Shown here: piece after piece, positions 11,240 through 20,726 of the stretch
How positions within the stretch are numbered: the stretch's first letter is position 1
How the letters are laid out: the number at the start of each line of letters is the position of its first letter
Assembly: GCA_021163155.1 (NCBI GenBank)
Contig: JAGGXI010000072.1
Location: 1 to 49,221 of the forward strand
DNA length: 49,221 nt
Source: Candidatus Aerophobota bacterium
GTDB taxonomy: Bacteria; Aerophobota; Aerophobia; Aerophobales; JAGGXI01
Direction of reading: 5' to 3'
Notes under the pieces: model-generated
The model's database searches: none
What the model was told of the DNA's origin: nothing
What the model saw: only the letters and a program-made list of their open reading frames with translations
Translations under genes and position numbers: made by a program

Positions 11240-12294
11240 ACCTCTGCCACCTTTCTAAAAGCTAAACCTAACACTGGAGTAAACATCGGCTCTACTTCAG
11301 CTAAATAATTAGGCTGGAATTTTCGAGAATCGTAGATAATTTTCTTAAAAGGATGGTATTTCTCTACAGGTATTCCCAACTCTTCGGATAAAAATCCCTC
11401 TATATTCTTAAGACAGGAGGTACCTCCGCTAAGAATTAATTTATTTATAATTTCTCCTCTTTTTTGAGAAGTATAATATTCAAAAGAATGAATAACCTCT
11501 TTTATTAAATTATCCATAGATTTCCTGATCACTTTATCTACCAATCTTCTTTCTTTTTCCTCTTCTTTCTCTATATCCTGAAAAGCAAGAAGTCCATATC
11601 TTTTCTTTATTTCCTCTGCTTCTTTGTAATCAACTTTTAATTGTTTTGCAATAGAGTGTGTAATCTGGAAACCTCCTATATTTATGTCCCTTACTACAAA
11701 GGGACTGCCTTTAAATAACAAGACAATACTGGTTGTGTAATGCCCAATATCAAGAAGAGCTATATTGCTTAATTCTTCTTCATTAAACAATTGAAAAACA
11801 TTAAATAGAGCAAGAGCCTTAACATCTATAATCTGAGGAGAAATACCTGCTTTTTGGAGAAGATTAAGATGTGCATCAATCAGCTCCTTCTTTACGCCTA
11901 CCAGCATTACAGACATTTTTCCCCCCGCCAAGTCCTTATCAAGAATGTGGAATCCTAATGAGATATCATTGGATGGATAAGGGATATACTCTTCTACTTG
12001 CCATTTAATAGATTGTGCAAATTCTTTCTCTGTCATTCGAGGCATTTCCACTATGCGAACAATCACTTTATCTCCCCCTATTCCAGAAACAATTCGTTTT
12101 GGATTAATTTTATATTTGCTAACAATCTTTTTGATGGCTTCTATAGTAAGAGATTCTGACTGAGAATTATCTTCTATAGGGTTTATTTCTACCATACCCA
12201 ACTTTCTTAATTCATAACCTCTCTTTCTATGAATTAATTCTACTGCTTTTACTATTCTTCCTCCTATTTCCAAACCCACACTTACCTTAGCCAT
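11236..12294 (-). CDS. pilM: Type IV pilus assembly protein PilM (actin-like)
   Basis: VGLEIG, YIPY, LLDIGH, GGFQIT and LSGG motifs; directly upstream of pilN. Confidence 0.93.
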   Translation of the reverse strand: MAKVSVGLEIGGRIVKAVELIHRKRGYELRKLGMVEINPIEDNSQSESLTIEAIKKIVSKYKINPKRIVSGIGGDKVIVRIVEMPRMTEKEFAQSIKWQVEEYIPYPSNDISLGFHILDKDLAGGKMSVMLVGVKKELIDAHLNLLQKAGISPQIIDVKALALFNVFQLFNEEELSNIALLDIGHYTTSIVLLFKGSPFVVRDINIGGFQITHSIAKQLKVDYKEAEEIKKRYGLLAFQDIEKEEEKERRLVDKVIRKSMDNLIKEVIHSFEYYTSQKRGEIINKLILSGGTSCLKNIEGFLSEELGIPVEKYHPFKKIIYDSRKFQPNYLAEVEPMFTPVLGLAFRKVAEV

Positions 12295-12299
12295 TTTTT

Positions 12300-12767
12300 T
12301 TATCCCTTACTTCTTAATCTATCTGAATCCAAAATTAAAGTCACCGGTCCATCATTATCCGCTAATATTCTCATTTGAGCACCAAATTTTCCTTCTTTTA
12401 CTTCATCTATTCTTCTTCTAATCAGCTCCCCAAATTTCAGATAGAGTTTCTTAGCAGAATCAACAGGAGCTGCTTCCATAAAATTAGGACGAAAACCTTT
12501 TTTGCAATCTCCATAAAGTGTAAATTGAGGGATGAGAAGAATCCCCCCTCCAACCTGAGAAAGAGATAAGTTTATTTTTCCTTTTTTATCTTCAAATATA
12601 CGTAAGTTAACTATTTTCTCAGCTAAATATTCTGCATCTTCTACTCTATCTCTTTTACCAATACCTAAAAAAACTACCATTCCTTTATTAATAGAGCCTA
12701 TTACCTGTTCATCCACATAGCAGGCAGATTTCTTTACTCGCTGAACTACTGCTCTCATCTCTGACAT
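12300..12767 (-). CDS. dtd: D-aminoacyl-tRNA deacylase
   Basis: MRAVVQRV, NLRIFED, QFTL and NDGPVT motifs. Start may be 12758. Confidence 0.95.
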   Translation of the reverse strand: MSEMRAVVQRVKKSACYVDEQVIGSINKGMVVFLGIGKRDRVEDAEYLAEKIVNLRIFEDKKGKINLSLSQVGGGILLIPQFTLYGDCKKGFRPNFMEAAPVDSAKKLYLKFGELIRRRIDEVKEGKFGAQMRILADNDGPVTLILDSDRLRSKG

Positions 12768-12779
12768 ACTCTTTGGTTA

Positions 12780-14192
12780 CTAATTTTCTCTTGAAATAAA
12801 TTTGGTCACTTTTATTTTAAGAATTCTTTTAGTCTCTTTCCTAATTTTAAAATGCTCATCAATACGATAACCTACTATCCAAACTATTTCATCTTTACTT
12901 ATTAAAAGAGGAACTTTATCTCGTTTTTCTCGGGGAATTTTAAGATTAATAAAAAAATCCTTAATTTTTTTACTTCCTTGCATACCAAAAGGGTAGAATC
13001 TATCTCCTTCCTTCCTTTTTCTTAAAAATAGAGGTTTTTTCATCTTATCCAAATCAAAATAAGCCTCATTACTATCCTTACCGAAAGAAGAAGGTTTATT
13101 ATACATTATTTTGCTCTTTAACACTATACTTAGCTCTGGCAGGTATGTATCTCCGGGAACAATCAAAGAGCGGGGAGAAAAAATATCCTCTTTTCTAATT
13201 GCTTTTTTAATTAATAAATTTTTATACTCTCTTTGTGCTACAACTCCCCCAGGTATATCCAATTGTTTGCACCCTTTCTTCTCATCCAATTTTAAGATAG
13301 ATGCAATATGTTCAAATGCAACGCCTTTGAGATCACCTTTCATTTGTTGAATAGCTTTTCTTAGAACTCTCCTTTGTAAAGCAAGATGAAGTTGAGAGAG
13401 CTTCTCTCCATTTAAAACTATACATTTTTCATCTCTTTTTTTAAGCAATGATTTAAACTCTTCTTCACTCTTTTCTTTTAAATAAAAATTTTCTTCCCTT
13501 AAGATTTCACTCGTGTGGAAAAGACTTTTTATTAGCCGAGGATTATATTTTTTACAGAGATAAGGAATTAGATGAAGACGAATTTTATTACGTAAAAAAT
13601 AAGTTTTTTTATTGGAGGAATCTATACAAATATAAAGACTGTTCTTCTGGCAATAATTTTCTGTCTCTTCCCTAAAAATTTCAATTAAGGGACGGATAAT
13701 CTTACCCCTTACAGGGGGAATCCCAGAAAGCCCATCTAAACCGCTTCCCCTTATCATCCTCATCAAAAAAGTCTCTATCTGGTCAGATGCTGTGTGCCCT
13801 AAAGCGATCTTATCTGCTTTTATCCGTTTAGCTGCACGCTCAAAAAAATCGTATCGTACTCGCCGTGCTGCTTCTTCTAAAGATAACTTCTCCTCTTTAG
13901 CTAATAAGGCAACATTAAAAGATTCTAAAATTACAGGAATTCCTAATTGAGATGCAAACCCCTTTACCCGTTCAACTTCTTTATCAGCCTCTTCTCCTCT
14001 TAATTGATGGTTAAGGCAAGATGCCCATAACTTAAGATTATATTTAGATTTAAGTCTAAATAAAAGGTGAAGTAAAGCAACCGAATCCGGACCACCAGAA
14101 ACTCCTACTACTACTCGTGCATTTAAAGGGAGCATCTGATATTTTTCTATAGTATTTTCTATCTTTTCTAAAAAAGTCTTCTTACTATTCAC
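12780..14192 (-). CDS. tilS: tRNA(Ile)-lysidine synthetase
   Basis: SGGPDS PP-loop, EEAARRVRY, GHTASDQIET, RNKIR and a C-terminal TilS domain. Confidence 0.96.
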   Translation of the reverse strand: MNSKKTFLEKIENTIEKYQMLPLNARVVVGVSGGPDSVALLHLLFRLKSKYNLKLWASCLNHQLRGEEADKEVERVKGFASQLGIPVILESFNVALLAKEEKLSLEEAARRVRYDFFERAAKRIKADKIALGHTASDQIETFLMRMIRGSGLDGLSGIPPVRGKIIRPLIEIFREETENYCQKNSLYICIDSSNKKTYFLRNKIRLHLIPYLCKKYNPRLIKSLFHTSEILREENFYLKEKSEEEFKSLLKKRDEKCIVLNGEKLSQLHLALQRRVLRKAIQQMKGDLKGVAFEHIASILKLDEKKGCKQLDIPGGVVAQREYKNLLIKKAIRKEDIFSPRSLIVPGDTYLPELSIVLKSKIMYNKPSSFGKDSNEAYFDLDKMKKPLFLRKRKEGDRFYPFGMQGSKKIKDFFINLKIPREKRDKVPLLISKDEIVWIVGYRIDEHFKIRKETKRILKIKVTKFISREN

Positions 14193-14215
14193 TTTAAAAT
14201 CTCAAAAACTCTCAT

Positions 14216-14264
14216 GAGGCCTCTGAAAAATCTCTAGAGATTTCCGACTTTTTTCAGAAATCTC
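14216..14264. mobile_element. MITE-like 49-bp element with terminal inverted repeats and an apparent 5-bp target duplication
   Basis: gaggcctctgaaaaa ... tttttcagaaatctc (12/15 inverted match), flanked by ctcat at 14211-14215 and 14265-14269. Confidence 0.6.
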
Positions 14265-14275
14265 CTCATCTTTAT

Positions 14276-15340
14276 TTATTCTCTCAATTTTTCTCTAATA
14301 ATTTTTGCTCTTAATTCATTTCGAGAAAAAGAACTCAGCTCTTTCCCTTCTTTAATCTGAATCTGAGCAGGAGCAATTAAAAAAAGAAGCTCATTTAAAA
14401 CGCGAATGTTTTTCACTTTGGGTAATAAATTCAAACTAAATCCTAACCTCACTTTTGAAAGCAAATCCATAGCTTCTTCAAAACTTATCAAATAAGCATT
14501 CGCAAGAAGACCATAAGCTCTTCCTATATTATCTTTAAGTTCTGTTTTATTTTTTCTAAATAAGATCTCCCTCGCTTTCTTCTCTTCTTCTACTGCTTGT
14601 CGGCTTATTTTTCCCACATTATCTACAATCTCTTCTTCCTTTATACCTAAAGTAACTTGATTTGATATTTGGAAAAAATCACCCTGAGGTGTAGTTCCTT
14701 CACCATATAAACCTCTGGCTACCAATCCTAATTGAGATATCCCTCTTAATACTCCATTAATTCTTTGAGTAGCTACCAGCCCAGGAAGATGCAGCATACA
14801 GGAAGCTCTCATACCTGTACCTGTGTTGGTAGGACAAGCAGTAAGGTAACCCCACTTAGGAGAAAAAGCATAATCCAAATTTCTTTCTAATTCATCATCT
14901 ACTGCATTAATTAACTGCCAGGCCTCTTGCAATTGAAGTCCAGAAAAAATACTTTGCAAACGGAAATGGTCTTCCTCATTTATCATTAAAGAAATTATTT
15001 CTCTTTTTTCCACTACTAAGAATCTATAATCTTCACTCTTAATAAATTCTAAACTAATTAAATGTTTTTCCAAGAAAAATTCTCTTTCCACAGGAGAAAG
15101 CTCGCTTATATTGATTACTCGTGCATTTCTAAAATAGTTACTTTTTCTTACCGAATTTAAAATCTTCTCTGCTGTCTGTTTTAATACAAAAGGTTGAGCA
15201 TAAGGAGGAAAAACAAAACCTTTTAGATTACGAGCTAATCTTATTCGACAACTAAAAACAACATCTGCCTCTGGTCCATTCCCCATCAACCATCCACTGG
15301 TAGAATTAGCTATCTCTTGAAGAGTCGTTTTATTTTTCAT
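14276..15340 (-). CDS. mcsB: Protein arginine kinase McsB
   Basis: RIRLARN, MINEEDH, GYLTACPTNTGTGMRAS and QISNQVTLG motifs; adjacent to mcsA. Confidence 0.95.
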   Translation of the reverse strand: MKNKTTLQEIANSTSGWLMGNGPEADVVFSCRIRLARNLKGFVFPPYAQPFVLKQTAEKILNSVRKSNYFRNARVINISELSPVEREFFLEKHLISLEFIKSEDYRFLVVEKREIISLMINEEDHFRLQSIFSGLQLQEAWQLINAVDDELERNLDYAFSPKWGYLTACPTNTGTGMRASCMLHLPGLVATQRINGVLRGISQLGLVARGLYGEGTTPQGDFFQISNQVTLGIKEEEIVDNVGKISRQAVEEEKKAREILFRKNKTELKDNIGRAYGLLANAYLISFEEAMDLLSKVRLGFSLNLLPKVKNIRVLNELLFLIAPAQIQIKEGKELSSFSRNELRAKIIREKLRE

Positions 15341-15833
15341 CTTTTTCTAACCTATGGATTTCATCTCTAATTTCAGCTGCCCTTTCGTATTCTTCCTTTT
15401 TTATCACTTCTTTTAGCTCCTTACGTAATTCATAAATTTGTTTGCTTAACCCATTCTTAACCTTTCCCTTTTGTGGAATCTTACCAGAATGATAAGTTTT
15501 GCCTTGAATTCTTTCCAAAAGAGGAGTTAAGTATTTCTCAAAGACTTGATAGCAAGAACTACAACCTATCTTTCCTCTTTTTTTAATATCTTCATAACTT
15601 AGCCCACAAATGGGGCATCTTACTGTTTCGACTTCTTCTGCAGGAAAAGGAATCTCTATATCTGTTAAACTAGCTATTAAATTGGACAGAGGGAAACCCG
15701 GCATAAAAAAAGGCTTATCCCATCCCTTTTCTTTGGCACATACTTCACATAGATGAAGTTCCCTTACCTCTCCATTGATTACTTCTTTAAAATGAAACGT
15801 AGCTTCTCTTTTGCCACATATCTGACAAAGCAT
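15330..15833 (-). CDS. mcsA: McsA (CxxC zinc fingers plus UVR domain), activator of McsB
   Basis: MLCQIC, LCEVCA, CPICG, GCSSCY and EEYERAAEIRDEI. Start trimmed to the ATG at 15833. Confidence 0.93.
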   Translation of the reverse strand: MLCQICGKREATFHFKEVINGEVRELHLCEVCAKEKGWDKPFFMPGFPLSNLIASLTDIEIPFPAEEVETVRCPICGLSYEDIKKRGKIGCSSCYQVFEKYLTPLLERIQGKTYHSGKIPQKGKVKNGLSKQIYELRKELKEVIKKEEYERAAEIRDEIHRLEKDEK

Positions 15834-15849
15834 TTTTATACCTTTCTTA

Positions 15850-15877
15850 ATTTTATAATTAACCAAAGTTATGTCAA
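15850..15877 (-). promoter_or_regulatory. Putative sigma70-type promoter for mcsA
   Basis: Minus strand TTGACA-N16-TAAAAT. Confidence 0.65.
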
Positions 15878-15887
15878 CCAGCTTTTA

Positions 15888-15952
15888 GAGACCTCTGAAA
15901 AACTTCCAAAGGCCTCAATCTGTGTAATCTCGATTTTTATCTACGAAATCTC
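15888..15952. mobile_element. MITE-like element of the same family as 14216 and 48931
   Basis: Starts gagacctctgaaaaa and ends gaaatctc. Internal 15917-15950 matches 48981-49014 at 30/34. Confidence 0.55.
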
Positions 15953-15959
15953 TTTTAAA

Positions 15960-16070
15960 TGGGTTGATGGGGATAATTCATCTATATATTTGGAGATATT
16001 GAGAGGAGTAGTTCTTCTTATTATCTTTATGCGTTAACATCTACTCATTTATCCATTCACTCATCTACCC
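15960..16070. repeat. Inverted ~8-nt periodic repeat element
   Basis: tgggttgatggg ... tctactcatttatccattcactcatctaccc; same units as 165-340 and 420-520. Confidence 0.6.
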
Positions 16071-16110
16071 AGAGTTAATTCTAATACTTTCTATTATCGA
16101 GGTAGGCGAC

Positions 16111-16851
16111 TCATTTATAGTTAACTCTAACTAAGTATAAACCTTGAGGAGGAGCAGTAGTAGGACCTGCAAATCTTCTATTTTTAGCTTCTAATATAGA
16201 ATTTATCTCTGAAAAAGGTATTTTTCCTTTGCCAACTTCTATTAATGTTCCCATCATATTTCTCACCATTTTATAAAGGAAACTATCAGCTTTTATATAA
16301 GCAATAATAAATTTTCCTTTTTTAAAAAGAACAAACTTCTTTATCTCTCTTATTGAGGAAAAAGTAGGACTTCCCTGAGATTGGAATGAGGAAAAATCAT
16401 ATCGACCTATCAGCAACTGACAGGCTTTGCTCATTTTATCTATTTTCAAAGGAAAAGGAATATGCCAGGTAAAATTACGATAAAAAGGGGAATGAAAAAC
16501 ACTATTATATATTATATATCTATACAATCTACTTAAAGCAGATTTTCGAGCATTAAAATCTAAGGGTACTCTTTCCGCTTTTTTAACTCTTATGTCTTTT
16601 GGTAAACGACTATTTAAAGCATACTTAATAGCAAAACAAGGAATCGAGGTAGAGGTAATAAAATTTATTACTTGTCCTTTAGCATGAACTCCAGCATCTG
16701 TTCTCCCAGCAGCAGTCACTTTTATTTCTTCCTTAACAAGAGAATAAAGATTCCTTTCTATAACCTCTTGTATAGTAAGAAACCCTGGTTGTTTCTGCCA
16801 TCCATGATAGGAAGTACCATCATATTCTAAAATAAGTTTTATATTATACAC
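16111..16851 (-). CDS. truA: tRNA pseudouridine(38-40) synthase
   Basis: YDGT..GWQ, AGRTDAGVHA, FLYKMVR and PPQGL motifs. Confidence 0.97.
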   Translation of the reverse strand: MYNIKLILEYDGTSYHGWQKQPGFLTIQEVIERNLYSLVKEEIKVTAAGRTDAGVHAKGQVINFITSTSIPCFAIKYALNSRLPKDIRVKKAERVPLDFNARKSALSRLYRYIIYNSVFHSPFYRNFTWHIPFPLKIDKMSKACQLLIGRYDFSSFQSQGSPTFSSIREIKKFVLFKKGKFIIAYIKADSFLYKMVRNMMGTLIEVGKGKIPFSEINSILEAKNRRFAGPTTAPPQGLYLVRVNYK

Positions 16852-16872
16852 TTTTAAAGAAAACAGATGAGT

Positions 16873-17223
16873 TCACAACAGTTTCACTTTACACATTAAA
16901 GCATTATCCCCTTTTCGGTATCCAAGTTTTACTATTTGGGTATAACCTCCCTTGCGATTCTCGTACCTGGGAGTAATTACTTCAAAAAGTTTACTCACCA
17001 CTCGTTTATCTCTTAAAAATTTTAAAACACCTCGTCTACTATGAAGAGAATTCTTTTTAGCTAAAGTTATTATTTTCTCAGTAAATCTAACTGTTTCTTT
17101 AGCTTTAGCCTTAGTAGTGGTAATTTCTTCATGAAAAAGCAATGAGTTAACCAAATTAGCCAACAAAGCTTTTCGATGATCTTTATCTCGTTCCAGTTTT
17201 TTCCCTTTTTTCTTGTGTCGCAT
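16873..17223 (-). CDS. rplQ: 50S ribosomal protein L17
   Basis: MRHKK, ITTTKAKAKE and RKGGYT; follows rpoA. Confidence 0.96.
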   Translation of the reverse strand: MRHKKKGKKLERDKDHRKALLANLVNSLLFHEEITTTKAKAKETVRFTEKIITLAKKNSLHSRRGVLKFLRDKRVVSKLFEVITPRYENRKGGYTQIVKLGYRKGDNALMCKVKLL

Positions 17224-18175
17224 CTATTTCCTCTTTGCTTAAACTCAAATTATACTTCTTTAGCTTCTCTTCCACCTTTTGTAGAGACTTCTCTCCAAAA
17301 TTTTGTAATTTAAGAAGACTCTTCGCATCCTTGCCTAATAAATCTCCTATCTTCTCTATGCCCGAAGACTTTAAAGCTTTGAGAGGGAGAGAGGGAAGAC
17401 CTATCTCTTCAATGTCACATTCCGAAAAATCCCTCTTTTTTTCCTTTTTATCCTTTTCTTTTTCTTTCTTTTCTTCCCCTGTTTTCTTTTTTGTAATAAA
17501 TAACTGTAAATATTCATCCAAAATCTGTGCTGCTTTTCTTACTGCCTCATCAGGCTTAATAGTTCCATCAGTAAAAACTTCCATCATAAGAGAATCATAA
17601 CTTGTCTTTCTTCCAATTCTTGCTGGTTTTACCTCATAATTTACCTTTTTAATGGGAGTAAATATAGAATCTACAGGGATAACTCCTATAGGTTGATCGC
17701 TTTTCTTATTTTCAGCAGCTTCTACATAACCTCTCCCTTTCAAAAAAGTAACCTCTATTTTCAGATGGGTGTTTTCGTTATCTAAGGTAGCAAGATGAAG
17801 ATCAGGATTAATAATCTCTATTTCTCCATCAAGAGAAAAATGGGAAGCCTTTACCTCTAAAGGACCTTTTACATCCAAAGATAACTTTTTTTCCTCATCA
17901 GTAAAAAGTATTGCTCTAATCTGTCTTAGATTATGGATAATCTCTAGCACATCTTCTTTAACTCCTGGAATAGTTGAAAACTCGTGATAAATTCCCTCTA
18001 TCCTTACAGAGGTAACCGCCGCTCCAGTTAGAGAAGAGAGAAGAACTCGTCGAAGAGAATTACCTATAGTTATTCCATAACCTCTTTCTAAAGGTTTAAT
18101 AAAAAATTTTCCATAAGTATTAGAAAAAGTCTCCTTCTCAATATCAATATTTTTCGGTTTTATTAACTCGTGCAC
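17183..18175 (-). CDS. rpoA: RNA polymerase alpha subunit
   Basis: PLERGYGITIGNSLRRVLLSS, HEFSTIPGVKED and CTD NFGEKS. Confidence 0.98.
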   Translation of the reverse strand: MHELIKPKNIDIEKETFSNTYGKFFIKPLERGYGITIGNSLRRVLLSSLTGAAVTSVRIEGIYHEFSTIPGVKEDVLEIIHNLRQIRAILFTDEEKKLSLDVKGPLEVKASHFSLDGEIEIINPDLHLATLDNENTHLKIEVTFLKGRGYVEAAENKKSDQPIGVIPVDSIFTPIKKVNYEVKPARIGRKTSYDSLMMEVFTDGTIKPDEAVRKAAQILDEYLQLFITKKKTGEEKKEKEKDKKEKKRDFSECDIEEIGLPSLPLKALKSSGIEKIGDLLGKDAKSLLKLQNFGEKSLQKVEEKLKKYNLSLSKEEIDATQEKREKTGTR

Positions 18176-18185
18176 TCTCTCCTCC

Positions 18186-18800
18186 TTATCTTGAATAATA
18201 CTCCACTATTAGCGGTAAATTAATGGTCTGGTCTAACTCTTCTCTCTCAGGAAATCTTCTTACAACACCCTTTAAAGATTCTCTATCTACCTCTAACCAT
18301 TCTGGAAGTGCCCTTTTTTGGGAAAAATTAAGAGCTTGCTTTATCAAAGAGAGTTTTTTACTTTTTTTTCTTACCTCAATAACATCGCCTTCTTTTAATA
18401 AATAGGAAGAAACATCCAATTTATGCCCGTTAACTAAAAAGTGACCGTGATTGATTAACTGTCTGGCTTGTAAATGAGAAGAAGCAAAACCCAACCTATA
18501 TATCACATTATCTAATCTTCTTTCTAATATCCGTAAAAGCTCTTCTCCTGTGATATTCGGAGATTTCTCAGCTATCCAATAATGTCTTTTAAATTGTCTC
18601 TCTAATAATCCATACATCCACTTAAGTTTCTGCTTCTCTTCAAGCTGTTGCTTATATTGAGAGGGTCTCCCCCTTACTATTCTACCTTTTTTTCTTTTTT
18701 CCAAAGGACATTTACTTGTATAACATCTCTCTCCCTTAAGAAAAAGCTTAGTCTTTAATCGACAACACCTCTTACATCTATTTTCCATATCCCGTCCCAC
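18186..18800 (-). CDS. rpsD: 30S ribosomal protein S4 (Cys-containing type)
   Basis: LEEKQKL, LERRLDNV, ARQLINHGH and VEYYSR. Confidence 0.97.
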   Translation of the reverse strand: MGRDMENRCKRCCRLKTKLFLKGERCYTSKCPLEKRKKGRIVRGRPSQYKQQLEEKQKLKWMYGLLERQFKRHYWIAEKSPNITGEELLRILERRLDNVIYRLGFASSHLQARQLINHGHFLVNGHKLDVSSYLLKEGDVIEVRKKSKKLSLIKQALNFSQKRALPEWLEVDRESLKGVVRRFPEREELDQTINLPLIVEYYSR

Positions 18801-18925
18801 TTATTTCTCCTCCTTATTTGTATCCTTACATATCTCTTCGGCTTCTGAATTCTTAAATAATGAAAGATTTAAACTGATATTTCAGAATAACCTTAGCAAT
18901 ATTATTCAAATCATCGAATCCAGGT

Positions 18926-19324
18926 TTATACCTTTCTTTTTTTAGGAGGACGGCATCCATTATGAGGGAGAGGAGTCGCTTCTTTAATAGAAACAACTCT
19001 TAAGCCCGCTGCCTGTAGTGTCCTAATAGCAGTCTCTCTTCCACTTCCCGGTCCCTTAACTATTACCCTCACTTTTTGCAGTTGGAATTCCTCCTTAGCT
19101 TTCTTCGTTACTTGCTCAGCTGTTTTTTGCGCAGCAAAGGGAGTCCCCTTTTTAGTTCCTTTAAAACCTGCTCCTCCTGCTGAAGACCAGCAAAGAACAT
19201 CCCCTTTTAGATCAGTTATTGTAATAATAGTATTATTAAAAGTAGAATGAATGTAAGCTATCCCTTCTTCTACATTTATTTTTTTCTTTTTCTTTTTTAC
19301 AGGTTTACCTTTTTTCTTTGCCAT
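18926..19324 (-). CDS. rpsK: 30S ribosomal protein S11
   Basis: STFNNTI, GTPFAAQ and PHNGCRP. Confidence 0.98.
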   Translation of the reverse strand: MAKKKGKPVKKKKKKINVEEGIAYIHSTFNNTIITITDLKGDVLCWSSAGGAGFKGTKKGTPFAAQKTAEQVTKKAKEEFQLQKVRVIVKGPGSGRETAIRTLQAAGLRVVSIKEATPLPHNGCRPPKKRKV

Positions 19325-19339
19325 TTTTCCATTCCTTCC

Positions 19340-19711
19340 TTATTTTCTTTTTTTACTTCCCAACACTTTTCGGGGTCCTTTACGGGTCCTTGCATTGCAC
19401 CTGGTTCTTTGTCCTCTCACTGGCAATCCTACTTTATGCCTAATCCCTCGATAACATTTAATATTTATTAGTCTATTTATATCCGAACTTATTTTTCTTC
19501 TAAGATCACCCTCTATTACATAACTGCTTTCTATAATTTTATGAAGTTTACTTACCTCTTCCTCAGTTAAATCCTTTACTTGAATATTGGGATTAATCTT
19601 GGCACCAGAAAGAACTCGATTAGCTAAAGAATTTCCAATACCATAAATAGCAGTTAAGCCCACAACTACCTTTTTATTTGATGGCAGTTCAATCCCAGCA
19701 ATTCGCGCCAT
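19340..19711 (-). CDS. rpsM: 30S ribosomal protein S13
   Basis: MARIAG, IYGIG and LPVRGQRT..NARTRKG. Confidence 0.98.
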   Translation of the reverse strand: MARIAGIELPSNKKVVVGLTAIYGIGNSLANRVLSGAKINPNIQVKDLTEEEVSKLHKIIESSYVIEGDLRRKISSDINRLINIKCYRGIRHKVGLPVRGQRTRCNARTRKGPRKVLGSKKRK

Positions 19712-19726
19712 TTACACCTCCCTTAT

Positions 19727-19840
19727 CTATCCTTGACGTTGTTTGTGTTTAGGATTTTCACAAATAACCCGTATAATCCCTTTTCTTTTCACTATTTTAC
19801 ACTTATTGCATATCTTCTTCACCGAAGATCTAACTTTCAT
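19727..19840 (-). CDS. rpmJ: 50S ribosomal protein L36 (not in the ORF track)
   Basis: Manual translation: [37 protein letters not shown]. Confidence 0.97.
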   Translation of the reverse strand: MKVRSSVKKICNKCKIVKRKGIIRVICENPKHKQRQG

Positions 19841-20066
19841 TTTTACTTTTTCCTCCTCTATATATAATTCTCCCCCTTGACAAATCATAAGGAGAAAGCT
19901 CTAAATTAACTCTATCTCCGGGCAATATACGGATAAATCTCATTCTCATTTTTCCACATACATGAGCTAAAACTCTATGCCCATTAGAAAGTTCTACTTT
20001 AAATGTAGCATTAGGTAAAGTCTCAATTACAACACCCGAGCTCCTAATTAATTTTTCCTTAGCCAA
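19830..20066 (-). CDS. infA: Translation initiation factor IF-1
   Basis: [29 protein letters not shown]. Confidence 0.97.
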   Translation of the reverse strand: MAKEKLIRSSGVVIETLPNATFKVELSNGHRVLAHVCGKMRMRFIRILPGDRVNLELSPYDLSRGRIIYRGGKSKNES

Positions 20067-20719
20067 GTCTCCTCCATAACCTCATTTTTCCTCTTCTCAA
20101 TCAGAGTCATTATCCCTCTAAAAACTTTCTCAGGGGACATCTCCCCTTGAATATAATGTAAAATTCCCTTTTTCCTATAATATTCAATTAAAGGAAAAAT
20201 AGATTCTTTATAAACATTAATTCTTCTTTTAATGATGTCAATATTATCATCTTTTCTTTGATATAAAGAGGCTCCACACAACTCACATCTTTTGCCAGAT
20301 GGTAGATTGTCTATATGGTAAACCTTACCACATTGGGAACAAGTTAGACGACCATTTAAACGATGAAGTATTGCTCCCTCATCTATTTTTAAATTAATTA
20401 CTAAATCTAACTCCTTATTCTCTTCTCCTAAAACTGCATCTAATTGTTTTGCTTGTTGGAGATTACGAGGAAAACCATCTAAAATAAATTCTTCATTTTT
20501 CTTTATTATTCCCATTAGAAGCTTTAAGACAACAGAGTCAGGGACCAATTCTCCTCTATTTAAAAAATCTTTTATCTGCTCACCTACTGAAGTTCTTTTA
20601 TTAACAGCCTCTCTAATAATATCTCCTGTAGATATATGAAATAAATTTAATCTATTTCCCAATTTTTCTGCTTGGGTTCCCTTTCCCGACCCCGGAGGGC
20701 CCAATAAAACTACCCGCAT
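20048..20719 (-). CDS. adk: Adenylate kinase with a 4-Cys LID
   Basis: [17 protein letters not shown] and CSQC...CELC. Confidence 0.97.
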   Translation of the reverse strand: MRVVLLGPPGSGKGTQAEKLGNRLNLFHISTGDIIREAVNKRTSVGEQIKDFLNRGELVPDSVVLKLLMGIIKKNEEFILDGFPRNLQQAKQLDAVLGEENKELDLVINLKIDEGAILHRLNGRLTCSQCGKVYHIDNLPSGKRCELCGASLYQRKDDNIDIIKRRINVYKESIFPLIEYYRKKGILHYIQGEMSPEKVFRGIMTLIEKRKNEVMEETWLRKN

Positions 20720-20726
20720 CGCTTAG

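Noticed and set aside
15861-15877. Possible CtsR box overlapping the mcsA promoter
   Set aside because: aaccaaa-gtt-atgtcaa is too degenerate relative to the RGTCAAA direct repeat, and ctsR is not in the window.
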